Shown in pieces: positions 52,113 to 64,000 of a DNA stretch of 64,000 nt (positions within the stretch are counted from its first letter, which is position 1; every line of letters starts with the position of its first letter). Source of the DNA: Bigelowiella natans CCMP2755. Its lineage: Eukaryota > Protista > Cercozoa. A program made the translations under genes and the position numbers. The notes below the pieces were generated by a model, which searched no databases, was not told where the DNA came from, and worked only from the letters and a program-made list of their open reading frames with translations. The stretch is taken from the NCBI GenBank assembly GCA_000320545.1, contig ADNK01002830.1:1-64000 (forward strand), given 5' to 3'.

Positions 52113-52784
52113 CTACAGAGTTTCATCTTCTTTCTCAGGCTCAAAGAATAGTTGTACAGTGAAAGTTAATTTTTCTGAGTCCCAATGGGTGAAGAATTTG
52201 CCTTCTCCTCTATCAAGTTTCTTGTTGGGGATCTTAAAACCGATAGTCTCGTAAGGTTCGGCAGCGAAAAGTATGTATTGAAAGTTGTTATTCTTCGGCT
52301 CAACGTTTTGCTCGAAAGCAGACATGAATCTGTGACGTGGTTGCACCCCATCCTCGATCTTCGGATACGATATCTGGAAGAGCAAGCATCTTTGTTGAGT
52401 TTCTGGATCTAGCTGTTTGACAACTTTATAACCGGGACGTCCTATTTTGATTGATTTGCGAGTAACAGTCTTTTTCTTTTCCTGGAAAGATGCAAGATCC
52501 TGGGTCTTCGCGATCTTTGCGGCACGGCGTGCTAGGTTCTGTTGGTGCCTCTTACCTTGCGTGTGAGCTAAGTATGACCCTTCATTTGTGTGGAGAGTTA
52601 AACAAAGTTTACACTCGTATTTTCCAATGTGATTTTTCATGAAATAAGGATCTTTCTTGAGGTCAATGGTTTCAAGAGCGAGCTGGCGCAGTCGCTCTCG
52701 TCGTTGCGCATTTGCCTGCGAGGCTGAAGCAACGCCAGCAGATCCTGTTTTACTTCCAACTCCTTGAGACGAATAATCACGCAT
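52113..52784 (-). CDS. SF3A2: Splicing factor 3A subunit 2 (SAP62/Prp11), intronless
   Basis: RRERLRQLALETIDLKKDPYFMKNHIGKYECKLCLTLHTNEGSYLAHTQGKRH (matrin-type zinc finger); KIGRPGYKV; PRHRFMSAFEQ; FAAEPYETIGFKIP. Confidence 0.98.
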   Translation of the reverse strand: MRDYSSQGVGSKTGSAGVASASQANAQRRERLRQLALETIDLKKDPYFMKNHIGKYECKLCLTLHTNEGSYLAHTQGKRHQQNLARRAAKIAKTQDLASFQEKKKTVTRKSIKIGRPGYKVVKQLDPETQQRCLLFQISYPKIEDGVQPRHRFMSAFEQNVEPKNNNFQYILFAAEPYETIGFKIPNKKLDRGEGKFFTHWDSEKLTFTVQLFFEPEKEDETL

Positions 52785-53112
52785 GATTTATGAAAGGGTC
52801 TTGCCTAGGGACAAGGAGATGGTGGAAAAGATGGAGGAGGAGAGGAGTTTTGCCGTGTGAATTGCGGGGTGCTTATCAGATGTGGTCCTGGAGATAGCGA
52901 CATGACTTTATTGATGTCGTTTGAAAGAGATGCTCGACAATTTTATGAAAAATTATTATGATCGATCGAGAATCTCATGAGACTCTCTGGAAGCGTTCTC
53001 GTCTTCCTTCACTATTCATGGCAACTAATCCTAATGAAAGACAAAGCGTGCATTCTAGTCCCAGGTCGGTAAGTGGATATATCATTGAGATAGCATGTAA
53101 TACTCATGGTTC

Positions 53113-54394
53113 ATGGAGACTGATGCGTTCGTTGCAGGTACTCTGGGATTGGGCCTGGTGCTGTATCTATATCATCGATATTTTAGGGAAAATCGGAAGA
53201 ATGCCCACGGCGATGTTATTGAGGAACGCAACTCTCCCAATGGCACATTTAAGGGTAGACGGGACTCAGAGCTACGCATAGAAAGTTTGAAACCGGAAGC
53301 CATTCGAATTTTCAAGTCTATTGCCCCACCTCTGGATTTCAAATCCCACAAGGGCCAAGGAGGTCGCATAGCTATTGTCGGTGGCTCGAAGGATTACACG
53401 GGAGCTCCTTATTATGCTGGGATGGCAGCGCTTAAGACTGGAGCCGAACTGCTATATATGTTTGCATCAGCGGAGGCGTCACCTGCTTTGAAAGTGTATA
53501 GTCCAGAACTCATGGTAACTCCATTTTACGGAACAAGCTTATGTTCAGGAACTAACGAGTGGGTTAGTCGGACAGCATCGATCATAACTGAGAGGATGAA
53601 ACGATTCCATGCTATTGTCATCGGTCCTGGCATGGTAATATGATAGACTCTTGTCCATTTATCTGATACCCCTTAATCCTTAATCTAACTACTAATCAAT
53701 TTCAACTACAGCCGTCCTCCCCATACTCAAACCAAACACCAACTGATTCATCATCTCTTGAATTTTCTTCTCCAACCTTTTTCTTTAGGGAAGGAATAAG
53801 CATCTAGTACCAGTAATAAGAAATGTCCTTCACGAAGCCGCGCGCGCCAAAATTCCGACTGTTCTCGACGCAGATGGGGTATGGGCCGTGTGCCAAGACC
53901 CAGAAATGCTGAATCAAGCTGGGATGGTTGTACTGACGCCGAACAAGGTGGAATTCGAGAAGCTGTACACATCAGTTATGCAGGTCGAGCGTAAACTAGA
54001 CGGAGATCTCAAGGCTGACGTCGAGTCGCTTTGCCGCAAGCTGAACAATGCGGTCATCATTCGAAAGGGACGTTCAGATTTCATTTCTAATGGTATCATT
54101 AGTCTTGAGTGTGTGGAAATGGGCGCCCCAAAGAGGAGTGGAGGCATTGGGGATGTACTTGCAGGCGTCACAGCTACATGCGTTGCGTGGGCTCAGATGA
54201 AGAGCTCGCTTAGCCCGAAGCAAGATTTCAAAGAATCACAAAAAAATATTGTCTACGCAGCGCATTGCGCTTGCTCTATCGTCAGAAAAGCATGGGAAAT
54301 TACCTTTTCAGACTGTGGAAGAGGAAGTTGCGTTCCTGATTTACTAGACAAGCTCAGAAGTGTCATTAATTCAATTGAGGCTGCGGCATGCTAA
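53113..54394 (+). CDS. NAXD: ATP-dependent (S)-NAD(P)H-hydrate dehydratase; one intron at about 53635-53788
   Basis: HKGQGGRIAIVGGSKDYTGAPYYAG; YSPELMV; VIGPGMGR; VLDADG; VLTPNKVEF; KRSGGIGDVLAG. Confidence 0.95.
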
Positions 54395-54519
54395 TGAAAC
54401 AGCAATAGCTGCATAGATATATAGATATGTGGAGTCAAGTAGTCGCCAGCTGACGACGCTGATTGCTCTGCTTGTGATAAATGACAACATGCGAGACAGA
54501 TTTAATTATAACAATGACC

Positions 54520-54598
54520 GATTAAATTACATTCTATCAATGGTCATCCTAATCTAGTAATGTAGCTGTCTAGCTGTGTAAAGCTGCAACTACAGCTC
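54520..54598. repeat. Dispersed hairpin repeat, diverged copy
   Basis: TCAATGGTCATCCT..TGTAGCTG..AAAGCTGCAACTACAGC. Confidence 0.6.
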
Positions 54599-54816
54599 TT
54601 ATTAAATTGTATGAATGTAGCTAACTAGCGCATTAGATCACGTAAGCCTGCCTAATGATGCGAGTCATCACATCTACAATGATGATTTATCAAATAGATA
54701 TGCATCAAGTGTCTATGGGAGCCTCGATCCTTCATGTGCACATAACTTGTGGTCAGCATCGATTTAACATGCAATTTAGATATTCCGGTGATGCGAAATT
54801 AGCAGGCGCGCTCCAG

Positions 54817-55187
54817 TTATTGGTGTGATGTACAATTTAAAAGGAATTTATAATCATTTATCTTGACCAAATATCCGCCACAAAAGAATGCGATCGTATA
54901 CATGATAAGTGCCCAGGTCAAAGTATATACCGTGGCTACAATGAGCATATGGCTAACATGCGATCATGGATTCTTTCCCTCTTGCTTAACCTCGTCGACC
55001 CTCGGCAAGGAGCTGAACTTTGTCAAGTTCACTACCATCACTATCGAGTTCCTCGTCCCCATCACGCAAACTATGGGACTCAGCAACTTTCCGTGCTCGG
55101 CGGATTGTTTTCTCCACGTCGGATTCATACCTACGACAGAAATTTATATATTACCTCGGAGGTCAGAAAAGGCTTCACAGACGTGGA

Positions 55188-55219
<32 letters not shown>

Positions 55220-55368
55220 GTTCGAGTCATGAATCCGTAAGCTATAAATGTTAAGGTCCACGGGACGAGAGTCATGATGGTGAGTGAATAGGTCAGAGCG
55301 TTGACATTGCGGTTCCGTTCCTGAAAGTAATAGGAGGAGGAGGAGGAGAAGGAGGAGGCTTATTTTTC

Positions 55369-55440
<72 letters not shown>

Positions 55441-57624
55441 ATTATGATGATGAGATTTTGTGGGCGTCGAATTGATGATAATGATGATAATTCACGACAT
55501 GCGATTAGACTAACCGCATCGTCCATGCCATTGATATTTGGTCTCCCGTGCGGCCCTCCCGTTTTAAACCCAAACATTTTTTCTGCCAAGTATGACACGA
55601 CATATCCACCGAAAGCAGATGGCACATTTTCCATCATGGAGAAATAGCTGTAGATAGACGCTCTTGACCATTCTGGCACCACATCCGCAATTAAAGGACG
55701 ATTTGTGGCGTTCCCGGACCATGTTGCCTGGGATTTTAGTTGCATGTAAGTTTTCAGGCTTTCATGTATATGACATTCGCGGCAGAACCTCAACAAGGGC
55801 GGGGGGGAAATCGCAAGTTAACAAACAGATCCATTAAAATCAGCATGCTGCACAACATATCGTACAATCACTTACCGTAAGGTTGAATAAAACAATGATG
55901 AAACAGAACAGCATCATATGAGCAGTATCTTTGGGGAGAACCAAGAACAGAAAGAACACCAAAACCATTCCAACCTATTCAACACACATACATTCCAAAC
56001 GGTTGTTCAGGGAGGCTGCAATTAAATTCCTGTAATTATCAATAGGAGCGCTGCAATGGAAACATTCTAATTCTACTTTGGATTTGTGGGTACATGAGGA
56101 TCGCTATCAACCTGTTGCATCGCATGCGTCTATTCATTAACAATCTTCTTTCAACTTACCGCGACGGAAAATTGGGCAGTGTATACGCGCCCTCTGTAGG
56201 GAATTACGGAATGAGCGTAGTCTCCGATGTAACCGGCCATCAGATGCCCAATAGCACTTGCTATCATACCCACTCCTCCAATAATAGCCACCTTAAATCA
56301 TTATTGCATGGTTTGTGACGACTACGTTCGAGAATGATCAAGAGGACCAATTTTTATTCAATAAATAGGCGCTGCTGCTCCTATGCTCACGTAATACCTG
56401 GAACGAGGAGTAGCCAATAAGCTCAAGCCAAAGAATGGAAAACATTCCAAAAGCTCTCCAGGGGATGCAACCGAAGACTCCTTGCAGGACTAGCAGCCAA
56501 AAGGATGCTAATTGGAGAGACGGCCAATCAATACCAAGAAATTTATTGCGTGACTGCTCACGAGCGAGCTCAGCAGCTCTCCGCCTTCTCGGTTCGACCA
56601 TCAAGAACGCCATTGCGAATGGGAACAAGACTATCATGTGAGAGGAAAAGACTATAAGATTAACACCGTTCATTGAAATTCTACATAATTGCAATGGATT
56701 CTCTCTCAAGCTAATCTACTCATCATTACTTGAGAGAATGCCGACGACTCCTAAACACAGACGCCATCCGCGAATACCCAGAGGATGTTTTTCAGCAAGT
56801 GCTGTAGACATGAACTGCCCCAGGAATGCACCGATTAATGCAACAAAACCAATTTGTCCAAAGAGGCTTCCACGAGTCTCAGAGGGAGCAAGATCCGCAA
56901 CCACACTCTACAAGAGAAAAATTCATTAAGGCATACCTCAAGCTCACACAAATATATCAGATGTGAAACCTGTGCGATAGGAGAGACAAGTGACATAAAA
57001 ACTGCTGCCAAGGTTCGAAACATCTGAGTAGACAAATTTGTATGATTAATGTCGAGCGCAAACTTTGAGCAAAAACTTGTTTTTTTTTACCGTAAACTGC
57101 ATGAAGGTGGTTGATGCAGCGCAACCCATTGTAAGAAGCCCCCAAGCGAAGCATCCAATACACAACAACCATTTTCTTGACATGCGATCGCCAAGTCCAC
57201 CCCTAATGGTTTCGTGCAACAAATGAAAACACTTCGATGTACTCCTCTAATTTATCATTGCTACTTACCATGCTGGCATCGCGAAAGATCCCACCAAGCA
57301 CTGAAGCAAGTACCTGGTAAATAAATATATATATATTTTTTTCTGATATAAGTCAACCATGTAAAAGACCGAGAAAGTTCCTCACATGAATCCAATATCC
57401 GATAGATCCGTTCCAAAGTCGGTTTGGAAAGCTCTGAACATCCCTGCGTGGATCGCAATGCGTTGTAATGTTGAGCCAACATAGACCCATCGATCATACA
57501 AAATCATCTTTGCAATGTAGTGCTTACCTGGGAGCATGACGAAATCGGCTGCGTCAAGGGCAGCGCAGAAGCATAATGACCCAAGAGTCCTCAAGGCCGG
57601 CTTGGGGAGAGGTTGATCCGACAT
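54817..57624 (-). CDS. Major facilitator superfamily transporter (spinster-like), multi-exon
   Basis: CAALDAADFVMLPG; VVADLAPSETRGSLFG; GWRLCLGVVG; SFWLLVLQGVFGCIPW; ATNRPLIADVVPEWSRASIY. Confidence 0.88.
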
Positions 57625-58716
57625 GATTCCCCTGGCTTTGGACGTGTAACACCGATGGCAAAAAATGGAAAATCCAATCTATAGAATTTATACGACAATA
57701 ATAATAATCAGTCGTATTTAAAATTTATGGGATTGGTTTTCCAGCGAAGATGGAAGATAGTGAAACATGTAATGATGGTGATTACTGACAGTGCGACAAA
57801 AATTATTTCAGACTTATATGTAAAGAAAATGTATATTTCTAATGAGTGTCTGATAAATACGACAAGTCGTTACTCATAATTATATCGTAAAATTACCACA
57901 CTCTTGAAAATTTATACCCTTCTAGGGATACGTTCCAAATATTACAGAGGATTCTCAATCTTCGTATCTTTCCCGAATCGCTCTCTCTTACAAACAATAC
58001 TTAGAAATTAAGAAGGATTCAGGTATCAAACGAAAACAATATATATCCTGTATTGATTTTACTACCATCCTATATTTGAGAAAGAATGTATCCATATTGA
58101 AATATTTGGTCGAATTGGGGTATAAAAAATGACTTGTCTCAAATTGTGATATCTGATATATGTGTAATTTTTCATCAAATATAACAAGTATAAGTAAATT
58201 ATTCACTGAAATATAAGCTCTTTTTGATGAAAATAAAAATAATTGTTGTGAAGAAAGAGAGTTGGAAACCTCGCAGACGTAGGCGTAACATAGCAAGGTA
58301 CCAACGCTGGAAAAATGTATGACTGGCCTGGTGCAGATGTCTGAAAATGTAGGGGAATTCTATAGAATTTGCATCTATTTTCAATTAGCAGATATCGGAA
58401 AAAGGAAAAGAGGTTTTTTGACAAGTCGTAAACTTATTTCATAGTTGATTTTTGAAGTTGTAAATGGAAAATGGCAAACCATTTTCTAAACGTGTGGACT
58501 TCAGATAGAAAAGATTGCCTAATTGCAGCTTATCTTTGTGCCTTAATTCATAATTGGTACATTTTGTATGTCGTTATAATGAATTACAACTAAAATAACG
58601 ATAAAAGACTTTTTTTGAAGACTTTCCAAATCTTCCACTTTTTGGACATTACGGTCAAAAGTCGCGAGGTGAGTTTCCTCATCTTCGTGATTGGCCCCTA
58701 GGCAACCCTAGGCAAG

Positions 58717-61226
58717 ATGCTTCACATCCTTTTCCTGGTTGGGTCCGCCCATGCGCTTATGCGCTCCCCACAGAAAGGGTAAGTTTATCAAATCGAATTG
58801 CCTCGGTAAAAAAAGTGAGGATTTTGTTGTTTTCGAAGGATGACTTACAATGAGGTGCAAGGATGCAGCCTAGGCTCTCAGGCGGATATGCTCCAGGCGA
58901 TCAACGGGAAAACAGACGGACAAACGGTTGAAGATTTCAAAGATTGATTGTCAATTCGTTTTAAAGTCGACATATTGGTAAATAGGATGCATGCGAAGAC
59001 TTTTACCAGCATGCCTGCGGAGGTTGGATGAGTGCACCTGAGAATGCAATTCCCAGTGACCGCTCAAGCTGGGGGACTTTCCATGCGTTGGTAACTGATA
59101 TACCACATTTGTGAATATATCTCTTGCTGATTCATCAAATTTAACATTAGGGAAAGAAAAATCAGTTAGTTGTGCAGGAGATTCTCAGTGAGAAATCTAT
59201 GGGCGCTCCACACATGTATTACAGATCTTGCATGGACGCTGAGGGTATTGCATATTTCCACACTACAAAATTGGCAGTATTTTAATTTCAATCTATTATT
59301 TAAAGCAATTGATAAAGCCGATAAAGCGCCCATGGAAATGCTATTGAGGAATGTTGGCCTCTCCTTTGGGACGGCAGATGATTCTACGGGGAGTTGGACA
59401 GCGGGCGATTATAAGCTTTTGCAGAAGGACATGTGCTCCATGTACATGGTAGGTACAGCCGCCTTCTGGTCTGTTGGGGTTGGAACTGTACCTGATGATC
59501 CAAAGAAAAAAGAGGTCGGGCTTAGCCAAGGGGGCTTATCGCTGCCACGGTCTATGCTTGCCAAAGGATCAAGCAGTACCAAGCACGAAAAACTTAAGAA
59601 GCACATTGCTGATTCTTTCCAGCTTTTGGAGGGCGGAAATTCCGATATGAAGATGGCGGCGGACATAGTGAAGCTAGAGATGGATATCGCTGATGTAATG
59701 TTGGATGAAGTTTCTTTGAGGGACCCGAAGAAAACTTTCAATCCGATGTCAGTTGCCTCGTTTCAGGAAGGAGGGCCTGAGAAAAAATATCAGATGAAGT
59801 TTCCTTGGCAAGACCACTTGGACTGTATCTATGGAAAAGGGAAAGTGAAGAATGTCGATGTCGCTACCCCAAGCTACTTTAACAAAATTGAATCTGTTCT
59901 AGAATCTCACAGCAAAAAGACTGTTGCGAAGTATCTGAAGTGGAAAGTGTTCTCTGCACACTACACCCACCTCTCTAAAAGATTTTATGATGAAGCTTTT
60001 AGCATGTCTAAGGCCCTTGGCGGCGCTGAGGAAGAGCCAAAAAGAGAGGAAGTCTGTGCATCTCGAACTGAAGGAGCGTGGGGGGACTACGTTTCAAGAG
60101 CTTTTGTAGAGAAGATCGGGTTCGATGAACAGGATCGTACAACTGCGAAAAAGATGATACATCACATTAAGAATGCGTTCATAAAAAATCTTGCAACGAA
60201 TGAATGGATGACTCCAGAGACAAAGGCTAAGGCAAAGAAGAAGTGTTTAGCCATTAAGGAGAAGATAGGGTATCCAGACTACATTAATAATGTCACGTAC
60301 CTCGAGGAGAAATACCAGGGAGTTACGTCTGAAGGTGCATACTTTGACAACCACATGTCTTCAGTGAGAGCAGGTGTTCAACGGGGTATAAAAGATCTCG
60401 ACAAACCTGTAAGTCAGGAATGGGACATGGATATGTCCACTGTAAATGCGTACTATGATCCAAGCAGAAACGAGGTGAGTTTTTAAACATATATTCGTTT
60501 GCACTTTGTTCTAATTCTCAACAATACATAATATAGATCGTTTTCCCGAGCGGCATTTTACAAGCGCCATTCTTCAACAAGGAATATCATATGGCCTATA
60601 ACTTTGGTGCAATCGGTGTGGTTATGGGGCACGAAATGTCACACGGTTTCGACGATCAGGGTCGTCTATTTGACGAAACTGGAAAGATGGTTGACTGGTG
60701 GGACAAGAAAGATGAAGTAAATTTTAAAGCCCGTGCAGGATGCATATCAGAGCAGTACGGAAGTTACAAAGTGAAGGGGTAAGCAAAGAACATACCTGTC
60801 ATCCTTGATCGCTGAGTAATTTTGATTGTGAATACGACTCTCAGGGAAACTCAAGATTGCAGTGTGAATGGAAACTTGACCCTTGGTGAAAATATCGCTG
60901 ATAATGGTGGTGTGCATCTCGCCTTCCAAGCATATACGGCCATGACAACAAACAAGAATTCATTCGATGCTTGTACTCCTCAACTGAGCCTCATTCAGAT
61001 GGAAAACAGCACCATCACTAACGAGATTACTCCCGAAAAACTATACTTTTATGGATTCGCCCAGGTATGGTGTTCTAAGACAAAACCAAGTGCCGCTGAG
61101 ATGCAGGTCAAGACAGATCCCCACTCTCCTGCTGAATGGAGAGTCAAAGGAACAACCCACAACTCAGAGGTGTTTGAACAATCCTTTGGCTGTTCACCTA
61201 ACAAAGATAAGTGTGCTGTGTGGTGA
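58717..61226 (+). CDS. M13 family zinc metallopeptidase (neprilysin/ECE-like), secreted, multi-exon
   Basis: Signal peptide MLHILFLVGSAHA; CEDFYQHACGGW; VNAYY; VMGHEMSHGFDDQG (HExxH); TLGENIADNGG; DPHSPAEWRV. Confidence 0.95.
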
Positions 61227-61537
61227 TTGTTGTACAAAATTGTTACTTTTAATCCCTGGATTTGTGAATGATAGCATGCATGCATGTGCATGGTGCGCGC
61301 ATGCTCGTGGAGTTGTCGATCGCGCACATGGCTGGCATGTCACGCGTTCGTCCTCTACACTAGCTAGTTAGCTAGACCTCGCGACGTCTGTGACGGTTCG
61401 AAAAGTGCTTCGCTCATTGTTGTGCCCGCTCATGGCTTGAATGGTGGCGCGGTCTGACTCTGAAATGTAGCATCATCCGGCCGCGAACAATGGGACTCGT
61501 CATTGTGTGAACGAAATGCATGATCTAGCAATGAGCG

Positions 61538-63531
61538 ATGAGAGAGTTCTGCCGCGCCAATGATCTGTGGATCGCCGAGGTACAAGTTCCGCCTGACTTT
61601 CTGACGTAGTGCCCCATCGTCCGGAGATGCTGTCGTGGCTCCTTGCAGCTGAGGGTGGTCACAACAACAATTTCGGCACGGTTGGGTACCTCATGCGCCG
61701 CAATTCGTTCGCGATCTTCGATTCCGGTTTCCCGGTGCAGTTGGAGGAGGACCTCGGCTAGTCGGGTTGTGTTCGTGTGGGGCAAAGGACCAGCTAGCCA
61801 GTGTCGATCCCGGCACTTTCCATTTCTCAGACCATTTGAGATTGAATCGCAACAGGCCACCATCTACGTCTCTGCTCACGTTCTGGCGGCGAACGAGTGC
61901 TTCTCCGAGGGCACCAATTGCAAGCCATCACGTCTTCTGCTAGTCTGGTGGATGGTCACATCGACCTTCAGTCCGTCCATTTTGATGAAAAAGTGCATGA
62001 CCAGGGGCGACTGTTTTAGGTCCTGTTGGTTCGTGCGTCCCTACAACATCGGCAATTATCACTGGCGATGGATGGGGGAGGAGGAGGGAAGGTTCTCGCT
62101 CACGGTCGATTGAGAATTGCCGTTTCAACGGCACAGAGCGCTGCAGAAAGATTTCGTTGCAGAAAGACCGTGCAATTTAAACTTGTGCGACAAAGATGAT
62201 ATGATGTCGCAGGTCATTTCCACTGCAGGTTTTCGACCAGCACAGAAGCTTCCACAATCGCTTCAGAGAAGAAATTTGTGAAGCGAACCTCCCATGGCGC
62301 ACATCATATTCACCTTCACGAATGAGAGCGACCAGTCCGAAGTCTTGATGCAGCTGCGCGGGCCATCGACCAAATGTTCGGGAACATGGGGCCTTCCCGG
62401 AGGAAGCTGGGAGATGCATGAGAAGGAGGTAAGCTTCTGACTTTTTGTGCTACCATGTACCCATGTGTCGTTCGATGTATACAGGCGATTAAGAACGCTA
62501 GCAACTTTCCGATGAAGTTCTATCACAGACGGTGCGCAGCAGTGCGCGAGGCATACGAAGAAAGTGGCGGGGGCGAGGGTACATACACAAAACTTTAGGC
62601 ATCAACGGAGACTACTATCGTCGTTTGCATTTTTAGGCCTTCCCGCAATCCTTCAATCGCGCTTTCATAATGGTGCAGTGCTTCCTAAAATGACCAGGCT
62701 TATGGTACGTTCGAAGCTCTTAGGAATACCAAGATCAATATGTATGCTATGCGACGGACTTGTGTACGCCTTGGAATGAGATATATGTTGAACAACCTGA
62801 TTGTATCAGGTCTCTACAGACTGCAAGTATCCTCGTGAGGCCTCGATACGAAGCAGGAGGAAGAATGTACGAAATTTCAGTCGCATTTTCGCTGGAATTA
62901 CTATGAGCGCTCCAACCACATCGCATGGCATGCGCACCGATAAATGACACGTAAAACCAGTAAGAATATGTGTAGCCACCAGCAGATTCCAGAAAACAAA
63001 AATCAATATCAACCTATTTATCGTAGCTGGAAATCCATTGTTGGTGCACGTGACATGTATTTCTAATTACTTTCAACCATGCACCGCTTTAGGGAGATTA
63101 CGAAAACACATACTTCTTCATCTGCCCTGTAACGAAGGCTGAGGTCGTAAAAAAATCACAGTAGCGATAACTTTCTCAATTTGTTACGTCTGCATGCAGG
63201 CGTGATTCATCATGCCTTGTATCAATAGATAAATATTCTCTCTAAGTTGAGATAAATTTACTCTAAAACCGCAGAAGGAGTCGTGGAAACCGGCAACTGC
63301 GAAGGGATTCGAGTAGGAATAGTGCGCGACGATGACGATGACGATACGACGACGGCGATGATGATGATGTTAGATAGTGAGTACTCTTCATAAGCAGACG
63401 TTAAGTAACAATGGTATTTGCACGGCCATTATGAAAATCATAATCATTATCTTTTTGATAAGAGAGGAAGTGGACAAGAGCAAGTGGGTTAAATTGGATG
63501 ATCTCCTTCCTCGGTACTACCACGTATTCAC
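61538..63531 (+). CDS. Nudix hydrolase, multi-exon; both ends uncertain
   Basis: EVLMQLRGPSTKCSGTWGLPGGSWEMHE...AAVREAYEESG; later exons YFFICPV and EEVDKSKWVKLDDLLP. Confidence 0.75.
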
Positions 63532-63829
63532 CGCTAGATTTAACTTCTGACCGCCGCTAGATTTAACCAATGACCAAGAAAATAAGCAATCGTCATAGCT
63601 TAGCAAGGGAGCATCGTTATCATCATCATCATCATCATCAGTCATCATTATCATTTCCATTGCAGCAAACAATAACTAGTTTCTCTTCAATATGACAAAT
63701 ATTCAATAACATAGACGCTACCACAGAGAAGAGAAAGGAGGAACCTCTCAATTGATTGAGGGAAAGCAACTTGTACCATGGATCAAGATGCTGTTCGACG
63801 TACAGGGCAATTTGGTACTAAAGATGACG

Positions 63830-63880
<51 letters not shown>

Positions 63881-64000
63881 CTATCTCTCTCTCTCTCTGT
63901 GTGTGTGTATGTGTGTATGTGCGCGCGCGCGCGCCCTATCCGCCTCCATGCTGCGGTGAGTGTGCTTTCACTCTTCCACATACTTACTACTACATTCTCG

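Noticed and set aside
52113-52784. SF3A2 lacking the C-terminal Pro-rich heptad repeats
   Set aside because: Those repeats are not universal; short forms are normal outside animals.
61525-62950. Minus-strand ORFs suggesting a gene opposite the Nudix gene
   Set aside because: No recognisable motifs; the Nudix motif and splice sites are on the + strand.

Overview
Eukaryotic (protist-like) nuclear DNA, gene-dense and intron-rich. Introns are short, GT-AG and often packed with di-/trinucleotide microsatellites. I can support about 17 protein-coding genes and one tRNA-Pro(CGG). In order: VPS4 (5' part), a small ankyrin-like ORF, a secreted beta-helix/PAN protein, a polycystin-like REJ/GPS receptor, a Rad5-like SNF2-RING helicase, a hypothetical gene, a Y_phosphatase3-type phosphatase, a TBC protein, a type II glycosyltransferase-like protein, a short importin-beta-like protein, a ZIP metal transporter, a hypothetical membrane protein, SF3A2, NAXD, an MFS transporter, an M13 peptidase and a Nudix hydrolase. 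The most striking observation is an intronless ZIP transporter whose helices appear in the order TM1-2-3-6-7-4-5-8, i.e. the metal-binding TM4-5 hairpin and the TM6-7 hairpin are swapped. Other highlights: near-perfect strand alternation of genes, a 326-bp TGT...ACA element with a 4-bp target-site duplication nested in a dispersed hairpin repeat family, a TBC protein lacking both catalytic fingers, and recurrent 1-bp homopolymer frameshifts that are probably assembly errors. Multi-exon gene boundaries were inferred by eye and are approximate; no database searches were run.
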